The notes beneath the pieces are model-generated. The model made no database searches, was not told the origin of the DNA, and saw nothing but the letters and a program-made list of their open reading frames with translations. Below, piece after piece: positions 12,773 through 26,601 of a stretch of DNA of 64,000 bases; position 1 is the stretch's first letter; every line of letters begins with the position of its first letter. Origin of the DNA: Felis catus (taxonomy: Eukaryota); NCBI RefSeq assembly GCF_018350175.1, contig NC_058377.1, forward strand, positions 90,024,001 through 90,088,000. Direction: 5' to 3'. A program made the translations under genes and the position numbers.

Positions 12773-15724
12773 GTGGGTGAGGCCCCGGTGGAGATGTGGC
12801 TACCTGGCCAAGGGAGGAAGAGACCCTGTGGGACGGCAGAGGGACCAAACAACTTGAACGTCTTAGCTTAGCTCGTATTCTTTAGTGTAGCTGTTCCTGG
12901 GCCTTAGCGCATTTGTTCCCTTGCTGTACCTCCACTGAGCACCTGTGAGGCCCCTGGCACCGTGCTCCATGCTGGGATCCCAGTGGGGGCCAGAGAAGCG
13001 GGTCTTGTCATTCAGGAAGCGGCACCCTCCCCCCTTTCCTGCATGTCAGTGATCCATAAGTCACATGCGACCACAAGAGCCTGCTGTAGCTGAAGCCAGA
13101 CCAGGAATTCCCCCGAAGGTTCCCGGGCAGGTGGGCACCCTAAGAGACTACAGCCAGAAGTGAGACCACATCAGGCCCCAAAGCTGCCAGCCTTTCATCA
13201 CTTACCAGTCTTGCCTTCTTTCTCTCTGCTGCTACCTCTCCTGGCCCTGCCCGGTGCCTCATGGCCTTGGTGTCTCTCCCTTTCTCCCTCCTTCTGCAGA
13301 ATTGTATTCAGTACTTTGGTTTGCACCTGACCAAACGTGGCATCCCACACACAACTCCCGTGTTTCCACCAAGAGCTGACCCAGATGGTTGTCTCTTAAT
13401 CCCAGTTCTGAATCAACAGTGGGAAGATGAGCTAATGCTACTGGCTGATTTCTGAATCAGATAATCAAAAACGACCACCTTATGAGGCGGACAGTGTTGT
13501 TATTCCCATTTTACAGATGAAGAAATGGAAACCCGGGAAGTGTGTGTTTGTCCAAGCTCCCTCAGCAAGAGGTGGTAAGATTCAGAGCTATGTACACTCA
13601 GGGGAAAGAATTGGATTTGTCTAGCTCTGGCTACACGACTCCCCTTTGCCAGTCAGCCATGACCTTGGGTCGAGTACCATAAACATGGCGTCAGGGAGCC
13701 CGATCCGATGGACGGGGGTGCATAATTCCCAAGAAACAGAGCTGCAGCCCAGGGACAGCCCCAGAAGATGGCAACTATGCCTCCACCTCTGTAACAAGTT
13801 CAGCTGCCACAGCATCAGGTCTGAGCCGTTCCCCAGGGCAGCCGGTTCCATCGTTGGTCAGGCTGGTGGTGACCCCGCTGCCCTCTTGGCAGGGGTAGAA
13901 CAGCAGGCTTGGGGCCCTGGTCTCCCCCTCCCCCAGCTGCTGTTGCCTTCTGGCTGTCTAAGCTAGGCCATCCTTCTGGGCATTCTCCCCCTTTCCTGAA
14001 GTCAGAGGAGCAAGAGCTGCCTAATAGGACGAGGGGGAGCTTAAATGTCTGGAAAGCCAGCTCAGGCATGTTTATGGCAGGGAAGGAGAAGGCGTGGGGG
14101 TCAGAAAGTGTGTGTGTGGGCTCATGTCTGGGATGCATAAAGCAGAGCTTGCATCCCACGGAAAAAGTCTAGAAAATGAGCCCTTTAGGGTTCGGATAGG
14201 ACAATTGGGAAAGAGGAGTTGGGCTTTCCCCCTCTTATTTCCATTTATAATATTTTAGGGATGACAGGTGTTCCTTTGTTGTTGTTGCTGTTTGTTCTTT
14301 TGGAGGGAGAACTGGGGTGGGGGTCCCCACCTGCTGACAGTAGACCAAAAAGGACTGTCTCTGTACTAATGAGAAACACCCACCACGTTCCCACATGGGA
14401 CAACCCAAGAATCACATGAGAAATCTGCCGTCATCCCCCCGAAGCCCTGTAGGGGTTAGCCTGCTTGCCTGGGAGATGCTTCCTTCATCCATCCTGGCCC
14501 CCAGTCCACACCGCTGTCTGTGAGGTTCCCGGTGGGATCTTAGGAGAGCAGCCCAGTCTGTACCCTGGCCTCCGGTCCTTCCACCTCCCCATCCTCACCT
14601 GGAAACTGCGGCCACACTGGCACCCCCTTTGTGTCTCCCTACACAGCAGAGTCTTCCAGGGTCCACGGTCCCCTTCAGGCCAAGGCAGGTCTGTATGTTT
14701 GCTCCTCCCTCTTGTTCCTTCAGCACATAGCAGGCCCGGGGAAGGGTGAACAAAACACCCATTCCGCAAGTGATGGCACAGCCAGAAAGAGCCTGAGTAG
14801 GACTGACCCCAGGTCTCTGGCCTCAAATCCCCTGACAGTGACCATCACGTAGTTGGGATTTGTCTCTTGGCGGACAGAAGTACAGTCGGAGAAACTCCAT
14901 GGTCGTGACAGAGGTCTGGGAAGTTGGGCAAGGAAACAGTCCCCGTTTTCCTGTTTTCACAGATGAGGCGGAGATTCAGAGAGTTGGCCAACCAGCTTAA
15001 GGTCACGTCCTAATCTGTAAGATCTGGATCTGTCATCCAGTCCTCACCTCTTGCTACCTGCCCACCGAGCCGTGCCCAGCTACAGCTGCCTGCCCTCCAG
15101 CAGTCCCCCCAGGGTCCTGGGAGATGCTATATAAGCTTCTAAGATGGTCCCCTTTAATGCTGGGCATTTGGCGTTATTTCCCCCAAGGGTCTCATGGGAC
15201 TAGTTCTGGCCCACGTTCTTCCTCACCCTGGGAGCTATAAAGCCCAGGGCTGGGAATGTGACAGTGACGAATCGGGATCTTTGGCCAGTCCAGGTCTGTC
15301 ATCTTGAATAGCAGGATGGCAGCTGCTGGGTCTGAATGCAACTTGCAGGTTGCCGTGCCCTGGGATCATTCCAACTGCAGGAAATTTGGGTCCCAGTAGT
15401 TAGAATTGCTCCCTTCTCTCCCCAGACCCCCACTTTCCCCAGTGCCATGAGATCTGGGGCTGGCTTTTCCCTGCCTGACTCGTACAGAGAAAAGAGCCAT
15501 TTCTCAGGCCTTCTCTCCCTTTTCCAGTGCTCTTCCAAAATGTCACTGAACAAACCTCTCCCTCCCCAAAATACGCAAGGGGCTCCAACTTCCCTGCTAT
15601 GGGCTGTATGCTCCCAAGCTACCCCAGGGAGAGGCTGAACCACCGGTTTTGACCACTAGAGAGATCTGGTTCCTCCTGGCAGGTACAGACAGGTTCTGAG
15701 ATCATCCTAGAACAGTGCCTTCTG

Positions 15725-15885
15725 AGGGGTACCCGTGCGGTCACCCGGGGTCCCATGCCAAGCAGGGCCCTGTGCTTGGTTTAATTCTCTCCCACTGCCA
15801 TCTTGAAATTCTTAATAATTTTTCAGTAACGGACCCCCACATTTTCATTTTGCACTGGGCCTTGCAAATACATAGCAGTCTGGCG
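15725..15885. mobile_element. MER91-like hAT-Tip100 element
   Basis: gggccctgtgcttggtttaatt...cttgaaattcttaataattt...cattttgcactgggcc resembles the recalled consensus. Confidence 0.55.
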
Positions 15886-17637
15886 GCCAGGCTGAGGGCT
15901 GTGTGCAAGCCAGGCTATCCAGGAGCTACCCTGGGAGAAAACCATCCAGTTCCAAACCATGCACTTGTTAACCCATTTTCTTCCCACCTCTTGCCTCCTC
16001 TCCTTTCTCTGTTGCCCCTCTCTGTTTAGCGTTTATTAATCGTAGTGGGGGAAACACTTGGGTGGGGGGCGGGGGAGGAGAAGGCAGAGAAATAACAGAG
16101 AAATATCTCAGAGAAATATCCCTGAGAAATAACAAGGAGGAAAAAAATGAAAAAGAAAAAAGTCTCCTCAGCTCTGAACACCAGTCGAGGTGGTTTAGGG
16201 GCTGAAACTGCTGCACTCTTGAGGCCTGGGTGGTTCCCGGGGAGCATTAACAAGGCTCCGCTCTCCCCTCTGTGGCCTTGAGGATTTCCTTCCCCAGTGA
16301 AGCAGGCCCTGTGCTTTCCCCCTTTGCTTCCGTGGCTTCGGCCCACGCTGAGGGGTATTAGAGCCCGGGGGGGCATGAGAAACATCCTGCCTTCTTCCCA
16401 CCGTCCCCTGTCCCCTGTCCCCTGCCAGTGCTAGGGAGTCTGAGGCCCACTCGTGTTTATTCTGCATCTCCTCCCTTCCCACCCTTCCCAGCCCCAGCCT
16501 CCAAGTCTTCTGTCCCCACAGCCCCCTTCTGCAACCTCCTTTGTGTTTCCTTAAGCCACTCCTTCCCTGTCACTGCCCCCAGCCATCCCTGTCTCCGTGG
16601 TGGGGGGAGCTGACAAGGGGCCAAGTCAGCCTGTGTGCAGGGGAGGCTCCACCCCACCCAGGCCTCCCCCACCTGTGGGATGGGCCCTTCCCGCTTCACC
16701 CCTCCACCATCTTTTCCTCTAATCCCTGAAAACTCCAGCACAGTGAGGAGTTTTTACTTTTTAGGTAAAGGTGATTGTAACATCAATTCCAATTTGAGAA
16801 TTTGGTGGGACGTCCTCTTGGGCCGAGGGGAGCCCCCACGGAGCCTTTTCTCTCTGTCTTTCCGCAGTCCCTCAACACAGAGCAAGGCTTCGAGCCCTTT
16901 CCAGCAAGATATTGGATTCCCTAGGAGTCTACTGGTCTTCTAGAGAACCTTCGTCATGTTTTGTCTCCTTTTTGGTTTTGACCGTTGTCATATGTTTTAG
17001 TTGGTGTTTGTTCAGGCTTAGCCCTGAGGACTCCTGTCCTTTTGGGCTTTTGAACTAACTCTTCTTCATCTTGGTGCCTAACATCTGTCTGGCTCCACAG
17101 TGAGTCTCCCTTTCTTCTACTGTTCTGGATTTTTCCATATTCTGTCCCCCTTTCTTTTCTAACCTCCTTAACAAGTGGCAGTAAGATGGGTTCAGAGCCA
17201 GACAGCTGGCATTCCAGTCCCAGGTTTTTGCCACTCACCAGCTGAGTATTCCTGGGAAAGTTACTTGAGCTCTCTGGGTGCTACTTCCTCATCTGTAGAA
17301 GGTGGACGACGAGGGAGGGTCCCTGGCTCCTTGCGTTGTTGAGAGGCCTCTGCTTTGGTCCGTGTAAAGTGCCTGCATTGTGGCAGTGGGGTGGGATTAC
17401 ATGGTTGGGACCAAAGTGGGCAGTCCCACCTGCCCTGGACAGTTCTGATCCCTGTGACCCATGGCAAGTGACTCGGGCTTTAAGCCTCAGTTTCCTTCAT
17501 TCCAGCCACAGCGATGCCGCCTGCTGGTGTCACCACTTTGTATGTAGTAGGAAGGCAATCAGGACTTGGTGGCTGAGTGCCAGCTGGCCCTGGCAACTTT
17601 TGACTGACCCTTGTCTCTCTTGGATGTTTATTTCCAG

Positions 17638-17764
17638 AGTGTTCACGAGCCCACAGGCCCAAGTGAGGGTTATTTGCAGCTGGAGGAACTGGTGAAGCAA
17701 GTGGTGTCTCCGTTCCTCGGCATCAGTGAGGACCGCGGTGTCTCGGGTCCCGCGTTTATGTTGG
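17638..17764 (+). CDS. PRR5L: PRR5L coding exon (SVHEPTGPSEGYLQLEELVKQVVSPFLGISEDRGVSGPAFML-A), 127 nt
   Basis: Acceptor tttccag|AGT, donor TTGG|gtaagg; lies within ORF 17611..17862; matches PRR5L. Confidence 0.97.
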
Positions 17765-20700
17765 GTAAGGGGCAAGGCTCTCGGGCTGCCGGGTGCTTTG
17801 GTGATAATGCTGCCAGCTCTGTTTTCCTGAGCCTGGATTATGTCCAAGCCCCTGGCTTCTGATGTGGGTCCGTGCAAATCTGTGCCTGGTAATCACTCGT
17901 GTGTCCTGCTGGCCTGTGTGGCCGTAACCCTCCCCGCCTGACGATGCCTCCCCAGGGACTGTGCCTCTGTGGTGTTGCTTGTCTGATCCGCATCTTTGAT
18001 CAGTGGCTTTGATCTTCTCTGTGGGCCTGCAATACTTTTCCTGTATCTGATCACCAGAAACTATGCCTTATTACACGCCCCACACACTCGAGTGCAGAAA
18101 CCACCCGTGATGGATTTTCCCTTGAAAGCAGCTTGAAATGTGAAGCCAACTCATTTTATGTGCGGCCAGGGACAGATGAAATTGAGCTGCTGTCACCCCC
18201 TCCTTGTCTGTAGGTACTGCCAGGGCCCACATGCCAAGGAAAGGGGCTCCTGGACTGGGGGACAAATCCTGTTGGTGGCTGTAAGGCTAGCATTAGCGTC
18301 AGGCTCTGCATTTGGCCCCCTGGAGAATCTCGAGGTGAACGGGATCTGTTCCTTCTCTCTGTGAAACCACGGTCCAGATGGGGAAATAGCCGTGTAACAG
18401 GCTTATCATAAGACACATTCCTGTCACTCTTTGAAATGAAAAGTCCCCCAAAGGCAGGAATTTTTCTATCCCCAGTGACTTTAATGGTGGTTGGCGATAG
18501 TAGGCACTCAAAAAATACTTAGTGGATGGACGACAGGCAGTTGCACCCCAAGGCGGGGCTGACTGGCGCCCATACAGAGCTGCAGAGGTGAAAAGCGATT
18601 CCCTGAACTGGGAATCTTTTGCCTCCTCTCCTTGCTTTAATGGAGTTGCAGCCGAGCGTCAAAGGAAAGGGCAGAGGAACAGCCTCCAGCCTGGCTCCTA
18701 CCCCTTCCTGGGCCTCACTACTGCAAGCAAAGCAGGGCTGGCTGCCAGTCTTCCTGGCCCCTTCGTGTGTTTTCTCTGGAGACACCAGCCTAGCCACAGC
18801 CACCGCACATCTGGGGTGCTGGCCCAGCCCGCCTGCCCAGTCCATCCCCCGCCCTCTCTTCCACCCTTGCTCACTCACTCATTCCGCCCAGGGGCTGGCA
18901 CGAGCCACAGTAGCAATGGCGGCTGAGGGCAAACCGTCCCCTGCCTCTCTGGCCGTGAGCGGGGCGCCACGTTGCTATGCCCTCCCTGGAGCCCACCTTC
19001 TTACTTCAGCTCAGCCCACTGGCTTGCCGGCTCACCCACTTTGGGCCGGGAGGATCCGGGTAGATGTCAGGACACCATCAGGTGAGCTGGGCCACGTCGG
19101 GGACTTTGCCATTGGCTGGGCCTAGAGCCAGGAACAGGGACAGATTTGGAAGTTTGCTCTGGGAGTACTTACTCCAAGAGGGGACACCTTTGGCTTCCCA
19201 GTTAGGATAATACATTCTTTTGTCAAAGTATAAAGCAAAGGTCTGAGGTTTTTTTGTTTGTTTTTGTTTTTTGTTTTTTTTATACCAAGGACAATCCTTG
19301 TGTGGGGCATTGTCTCAGGAGGGACAGAAGGGGAAGAAAATGACTCTTATGGATTGTTTGATTATGATTATTTTAGCAAATGTATACTGAAACCTTACCC
19401 CTGGTACCTTAGGAGGTGCTGCAGGTATATCCATGAGTAAAACCGACCCATCTCTGCCCTGTGGGGCACACGGTCCAGTGAGAAGGTCTCAGACAGTACA
19501 TCATGACTCATTAATGAACAAGTTCTCTGAATGGGGGAAGTACATCGGCCACAGGGCCCAGGGCAGGGGCACTTCACCTGGACTGGGGGAACCAGGAGAG
19601 GCTCCCCAAAGGAAGTGATACCTGTGCTGAGTCCTGTAGGATGGATTTGAGGTAGTCTCCCTTTGCTGTTTGCTGAGCTATCCCAGGGAGAGGGAAAGAT
19701 CTTTGGGAGGCCTTTGGGGTAGGGAGAGTGGTGAACGGGGCGGGGGCGGGGGGAGGGGCTGGAGCATTTGAAAAACCAAGATACCGTCAGAGTTGCAAAG
19801 TGGCTGGTGGCCAGGGAAGGCACAGGCCACAGATTACATCCTGGGCATTATGCTGGGTGGGCTGGAGACCATACCGCAGAGTGGGCACCATTGTTCCCAT
19901 TTTACAGCTGAGGGTTCAGGTCACTTGGCTGTTGGAGCTGGGATTTGAAAGCCCCAGGTTGTTTGCACTTTACCAGTTATCCTACATGCTCCAGCCTCCC
20001 CCCGCCCCTGTCAGTTTCTAGAAGGTCATTGTGATTTTACTGAGGGACAGCTGAGGAGGTGATCCTTCCCCCTCATTCCTTAGCTCCTCAGGGCTCCAGG
20101 GCCAGACATTTCACCCCGAACCTCTGGATACTAAAAAGTTGACATGGCTACAATGGATCTCTTCCCTGTTGAGGACACCCCTTTGCCAGATAAAGTGAGG
20201 ATTCTCTGTGCCTCAGTCTTCCCCTCGGTAAAACATGGAGACCATGACGTTTATCCTGCCTGAAGGAGAAGAGTGTGCAGACCACCAACTGAAGTGTGAA
20301 GCCACAGGAGGGCTTTGCCGTGGTCCGCTGGGGCGGGGGTGGGGGTGGTGGTGAGGGGAGCAAAGGTGGGGCGGGGAAGGGGAAGGGGAGGGGGGGCATC
20401 CAGGGGTGAAGAGCGGTCGAGGGCAGCTGGAGCGCTCATCTCAAAAGCCACCACTTATCAAAATGCCTGTCATGTTTCAGGTGCTGACCAGGCACTTGTC
20501 CTCTTTGCACAGCCCGCTGAGGGGTGGGGGAGTGCTGTGGTTGCCTCAGTCTCAGACTCCGGAAGAGACCTCCCCAGGGCTGCGTGGAGTAGATGACCAG
20601 AGACAGAGAAGAGGTTTCTCCAGGGGGCGCCCCTCATTGCACGCGCCTGTCCAGGCACGTTTGACCCCACGGGGATTCTGGGGAAAGCTCTCTTCCTGTC

Positions 20701-21404
20701 AGCCAGGCCGATGGGTGTGAGGAGCGAGCCTCACCCCCTGATATACGAGGCTTGGCAGAGAGAGGGAGAGGACTCTGAGGCTCGTGGGAGCAACTGTGTG
20801 CGCAATGTGGCTCTCCTCCAAAGCAGTCCCTTTTCCAGAGCTGTGGGGAGGTGGAGGTGAGGAGTAAAATCTTTAAACAAAAACAAAAACAAAACTGTTT
20901 TGTCCTACCTTTCTAGTTCCCGAAGTCTCCAAGCTGCTGCCCTGGCTGCCTCCCGGGCCCCCCAGCAAACACTCAGAACACTCAGCAGTGCTGTGTTTTT
21001 CTCACACAAAAGCCCTGGCCTCCCACAGATCTTCCTCCATTGTGTCTCCAGGGGAGGGCCCTTTTCCTCAAGACCCTGTAACTTCTCCACGTGACAAGTA
21101 GGCATTCATGGGCTTTCAGGTGCCTGGGCCCGGAGAGGGACGTCCACAATGGGCTTGGCGTGCAGAGGGCACAATACCCGCATTATGGCGGCCACTCCTT
21201 CGAGCCTGGGAGATCAAAGGCCTGGGAACGGAGTCCCCCACAAAGGGCCCGAGGACCGCCTCATCCAGGCTTTGCTTCTCTGGGGTTTGAAAGGAACTGC
21301 CATTGCTGGCTCCGGTGTAGGGGGATGAATGCCAGAGCTCAGTGGGGCGCCTGGGGAGTGATGAAGGCAGAAAGGCTCCGCTTGCCCCACCCCGTGTGAA
21401 AGGC

Positions 21405-21437
21405 AGGAGGAGGAGGAGGAGGAGGAGGAGGAGGAGG
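21405..21437. repeat. (AGG)11 microsatellite
   Basis: Read directly. Confidence 0.97.
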
Positions 21438-22449
21438 TCTGGAGGTGGGTGCCTGCCCAGGTGGCAGGACACGGCTCCTCTCCCAGCTCAAAGGGTACCG
21501 TTGCAAGGGAAGGACCCATTTCAGCCCCCGAGGGGTGACCACAGCTTAATCAGCCTCTTAAAGGGAGATTTTCTTCTCTGAGTGGCAGGGCCTGACTCTC
21601 CCTGGTACAAATGAGAAGGCCGGGAAGATGATAGGCAACAACAGTGTGGGTAGCTGTCTCAGCTCCAGCCTGGCCTGTGGTCTGACCCCACTGGGGCCGC
21701 AGCTGACGTGCTTGTCTGAGGTTGACTCTGGAGTCTGGTGGGAGCTTATCGAGGAAACGCTGTCTGCCCCCGGGGACTCGGCACAGCCCAGCGGCCCCTG
21801 TGGTCTCCACTCTGCCCACACCCAGTCTTGGGAACCAAAACACTCCACCCAGCAGGCAGAAGGAAGAGTCCTAGGCCTCTCCCGTGAGTCATCAGCAGGG
21901 AACAGCCATAAGGAGAGAGGCAAGGCCAGAAGGAGCGGGGCCTCAGAAACCACAAGGGCTGCGCTTTGGCTGTGTGGCCTAGAGTCAGTTACTTGATGTC
22001 TCTGAGCTGCAGAGAGCTGAACACAGAGAAGGAAGATGCCACCCTGTCTCAGGGCAGGGCCCAGGCAGAGCTGCTACCTGCTATGATATGGTCCCCAGCT
22101 AGAGGCAGCCTGGCCCCCTTGGAATGCCTCCAGATGAGAAATTGTATGTGCCTCTCCCCGGACCACATCCCGACCCTTGCCATGCTGCATAGTCATGCCT
22201 GATGATTTGTCAGTCTCCCCCTTAGACTGTTAGCTCGTCGAGGGCAGGGAACGTGTGGTTCCTCTTGTACCCCAGGCCCTAGCGTAGGTGTCTGCTCTGA
22301 GTGAGTGTGTGAGTGAATGTCTGGGTTCCATCCGTCAGTCACTCTGGAGCAGGCCCATCCGAAATGACTCCTCTTCAAGACTTCTCCTCCTCTGACTCCT
22401 CAGAGAGCTCCTGCCTGTACCTCTGCCCTGTCATTCGTTGACCTTGTTC

Positions 22450-22538
22450 GTTTTTTTTTTTTTTTATTCCAGTAGAGTTAGCATGCAGTGCTATATTAGT
22501 TTCAAGTGTATGATACAGTGATTCAACAATTCCATACT
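22450..22538 (-). mobile_element. Short carnivore-type L1 3'-end fragment
   Basis: T-run then tattagtttcaagtgtatgatacagtgattcaacaattccatac. Confidence 0.6.
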
Positions 22539-22551
22539 TGTTGACCTGGGT

Positions 22552-22777
22552 TTTTTTGTTTGTTTTATTATTTTTTTTAACGTTTATTCATTTTTTGATA
22601 GAGACAGAGCGTGAGTGGGGGAGGGGCAGAGAGAGAGGGAGACACAGAATCCAAAGCAGGCTCCAGGCTCTGGACTGACAGCACAGAGCCCAACACGGGG
22701 CTCAAACTCACAGACCGTGAGATCATGACCTGAGCTGAAGTCGGACGCTTAACCGACTGAACCACCCAGGTGCCCCC
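22552..22777 (-). mobile_element. SINEC with TSD acttgttga(c/t)ctgg
   Basis: Head and tail intact; TSD on both sides. Confidence 0.92.
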
Positions 22778-23037
22778 ACTTGTTGATCTGGTTTTAACAG
22801 GTACTTGTGTGTAGGCTTCCCAGTGGGCATGCAGGAGCTCTGCCTTGAGGCCTGGGCTTGAATCCGGATTACACCGCTGACTGGCTGGAAAGTTATTTCA
22901 CATCTTTACTTCAGCTTCCTTTTCTACAAAATGGTCAGAAGATGACCATGTCGGTGAGGCACCTCCTTTTTTGATACAGTATGTGGCACGTACTAGATGC
23001 TCATTGACCCAACCCCCCACCACATACATGCACATGT

Positions 23038-23038
<1 letters not shown>

Positions 23039-23066
<28 letters not shown>
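23039..23066. repeat. (CA)14 microsatellite
   Basis: Read directly. Confidence 0.98.
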
Positions 23067-23071
<5 letters not shown>

Positions 23072-26000
23072 ACTGGGCTCGGGCCCCTGAGGCGGGCCCC
23101 ATGTCAGATTCACATTTCTCCCTCCCAGCAGTGACCACAGTGTTTTGCATGTTGCAGTTCAGAGCATTTGGGGCAGGAGAGGGCAGATGTCATGGAGACC
23201 CCCTCCTCCATGTTGGCCACCCTCACTGTGGCTCCAGCTTGCAGCAGCAGCTAAAGTGGCCTCTCTTGTCTCTTCTGCCTGTTAACCCCCCCCCCCCCCG
23301 CCCCCAGGACTTTGGGCTTCTTGGCTAACAATGTGGGAGAGAGACGGAGAACATCCAGGCACCCATCTGAAACACCCTTCCTGGATCATTCTACTGGAGT
23401 AGGGCCCCTGGAAACGATCAAACAATCCTCATTTCCTCCAGAGATGCTGTGTGTGTCCCCCATCTATCCCCCATGCCCTCAACTTACCCTGTGTCCTGGG
23501 CCCAGCCCAGCCTTTGCTCTAGCTCTTTCCCCTTCCTGGATCTGCGTGTAGTAAATGCTCACCGAACAGTCTAGCCCAGTCTCCTGCCCAGCTGGTTGAA
23601 GGTTTGGGCCACAACACAGATCTTTGCAACTGCCGGTCGTAGGTGCTTGTTTCTAATAGCAGGGGACGAATGGATGGTTTTCAGGGGCATTTTTTTAAGG
23701 ATGTTCTTTAATGGGATCCTTGCTTCTTGGTCGCTCTTTGCCACCTCATCTCTCCTTTTCATTCTTCCCCAAAGAGAAAGGCCGCTGAACTAGCCTCTCC
23801 CAGCCAGTAGCAGCCTCTTATTTGGCACCTCAGGGGACAGTGTTTGCTATTACCTGGCATCAGAGGGTGGGGGCGTGGGGGGGTCAGGCAGCAGTGGAAC
23901 CCTGAGACACAATAGCACGCAGTGGGGAAAGTCTGGGCATGGCTGTTGAGAGCCTGTGAGAGTTGGGCTGAGCCTCAGTCTTCCTCATCTGAACAATGGG
24001 AATAATGAGAGTAGCCTTGGTGTTTCAAAGGGAGATTGGGACTCAGCAGTGAGAAAGTGGATGGGAACACAGTAAAATTCTACATATTACTTGGGTCTTG
24101 AGAAATAGTTACCTGCCAAAGATTTCCTGTTGGGCTCAGGGCCAGCAGACTTGGTGACTCCAACCTAGGGCTTAAGATTTCATTCTCTTGTCGCTGCCTG
24201 TGCATATATGTGTATGTAAGGACATGCAGAACCGTCCAGTGACAGGGGTCGCGGAGAGCTTTGCAGGGGACATGGCCCGTCTCACTGTGATGCCCGTCTA
24301 GGAGCATGAGCTCCGGAAGTGACGACAGTGTGCGTCTGGGCCCTCCAGACCCACAGGAAGAGCCAAGAGTAAACTAAAGCAGAGTGGGTCGTGTGCCCCC
24401 AAGGACAGTCTCTGAGCAGCACTGTTTGCTTTCTCTTTAGGGACTAAGTCTTCCCCTCTGATCCTGCCACTGTTCAGGAATAGCAGCCCTGTCACACTTC
24501 TCCATTGCGGCCTGCTGCATCCCCCTGCTGAGAGAGGGTGCTTTTGGGGGGCCTTCGGGGTCTCAAGGACATGGGAGCTGTGGAAAGTCGTGATGGGAAA
24601 ATGGGGTGGGTGGCTGGGAAGACAGGAGAAGTATGCCCCGGTAGAAAGAGAGAGGTTGAACCCACTTGTCCTCAGCCCTCCATTCTCAGTCCTGTCTCTC
24701 GCTGGGGTCCTTCATCCCACTCGTGATACAGATGAAGGGCCCACGTGAGAGAAGAGGTGGGCTGCCTCTCCAGGAGCGTGGGGAGGAGACCTCCCTGACA
24801 CGGAGGGGATGTAGGTTTGTCGTGATCCTGGCCTTCCTCACTTCTGGGCCCTCGGGCTCCAACTCTGCATAACTCCTGCGGGGTGCATCTTCCTGGAGCA
24901 CAGCCCCCATCCTGCGCCGTATCCCTGGGCTTGTCTGATCACCAATGGTTCCATCTGGCTTTCAGGGGCCCTCCTGCAGGACCCAGGGTCATCCGCCTGC
25001 TTGTGCACGTCCCCACTGTTTCATGCGTACAGTGTTCGGCCAGGCTGGGGCCCGGTGGCGCACCTGTCTCGGCACCTTGCTCGGGCTGTTCCCACTGCTC
25101 AGAATGCTGTCACTCCTCCCTTCTGGGAGCTCTGCTACTCTGAAGACCAGCTCCGGGCTACATCTGTCCTGACACATGGATACACTTGTCCCTGCCTCTG
25201 AAGCCCATGCACTTGGCTTGTCCTTCCTTCCCTGGCGGTACTCAGCCTATTGTAGTTACGTGCGTGTTGTGTGGGTGTCCAGGAAGAGCAGCGTCTGCAG
25301 GGAGGCCACCCTTAACTCCCCGCTGTACCGCGTTCTAGCGATGCGCACGTCGGTAAGTCATCACCTCTCTGATACTCCCGTTTTCTCATCTGTAAAGTGG
25401 GAGCCAATAAACCTATCATGACTTAAGCTCAGGTTTTGGGAGTCAAAAGATGAGTGCATGTCAAGGCCTAGCGTAGTTTCTAGAATGTGGGGAGAGCTCA
25501 AGCAGCAGTGGTTTGGTGATGATTCATGTCCAGCCCTCCTCTGTGTGTCTGGCTCCACGGGGCCATCCGTGGAGCCCAGCCCGTTCTTTGATGGTGCCAG
25601 AGGCTGTTGGAAGCGAGTAGGACGTGAACAGCACATAGGTCTCGGGCCAGTGGCCTGGTGGGAGGGGAGTGCTGTAGCCCTGGTCAAGATGATTTGGAGG
25701 ACGTCCCATTCCCTAGCTTTAATAGCCGAGGCCCCCTCGGGTAAGCTGGACCTTAAGCTCCTGGGGCCTTTTCCACTTCATCTGCTGACACTGGGGAGGC
25801 CACTTCCTGCTCCACAGAGCTGGGGGTTTTCTTGTAGAAGCTGGTCCGGCCTGTGCCCAGGCCTTTGGAGGAGACAGGTTGAAAGGAGATTTAGGACAAA
25901 TGCAGTGAAGTTCAGGCAGCAGCTGAGAAGGAGGGGAGATCCCCTTGAAGCTAGTCTGTCCCGGAAAGCCCTTTGGCGACCCTGCTACGGTGGGAATGTT

Positions 26001-26206
26001 GGCGGGGCAGTGTCGGGCACACGCAGGTAAGGCTGCGAGGGAAGCAGGCTGACCTTTCTGGCTCCTCCCTTGCATCCGGCTGAACTGTGCCTGAAGCTAC
26101 TCCTGAAGGTGGAGCCACCACCTCCCTCTTCCCCCAAATTGATGAGTAGGCGCGGTTGGCCCTGTGTCCCTGGCAGTTACCGCCTTTGCTGGCTTTTGTC
26201 TTGCAG

Positions 26207-26601
26207 CGAGACGCCACTCCAGGGTCCGGCCCAAGGTGGCTGTCCTGAACTACGCCTCCCCAACGACCACCGTCAGCCGGCCGCCGAATGAGACGGCTCT
26301 GACCCCTCTGACGGAGCAAGAGGGGGAGGCCTACCTGGAGAAGTGTGGCAGCGTCCGAAGGCACACGGTGGCCAACGCCCACTCAGACATCCAGCTGCTG
26401 GCCATGGCCACCATGATGCACTCAGGCTTAGGCGAGGAGCCTGGCGGTGAGGACAAGTGCCTGCTCCTGCCGCCCAGCTTCTCCCCACCCCACCGACAGT
26501 GCTCCAGTGAGCCCAACATCACCGACAGCCCTGATGAGCTGGAGGAGGTGACAGGGGGCAGCCAGGGGGACTCTGAGCTGAACTGTGCTTCCCTCGGCTG
26601 A
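26207..26601 (+). CDS. PRR5L: PRR5L terminal coding exon (A-RRHSRVRPKV...ELNCASLG*)
   Basis: Acceptor ttgcag|CG; lies within ORF 26164..26601; C-terminus SVRRHTVANAHSDIQLLAMATMMHSGLGEE matches PRR5L; TGA at 26599-26601. Confidence 0.97.

Noticed and set aside
13104-13113. kappaB consensus matches (GGGGAATTCC on - here; GGGACTTCCC near 26615)
   Set aside because: Degenerate 10-mers are expected by chance in 64 kb, and there is no supporting cluster.
25458-26030. 190-aa ORF and overlapping antisense ORFs near the PRR5L last exon
   Set aside because: No recognisable domain, partly MIR-derived, GC-rich context; consistent with chance.
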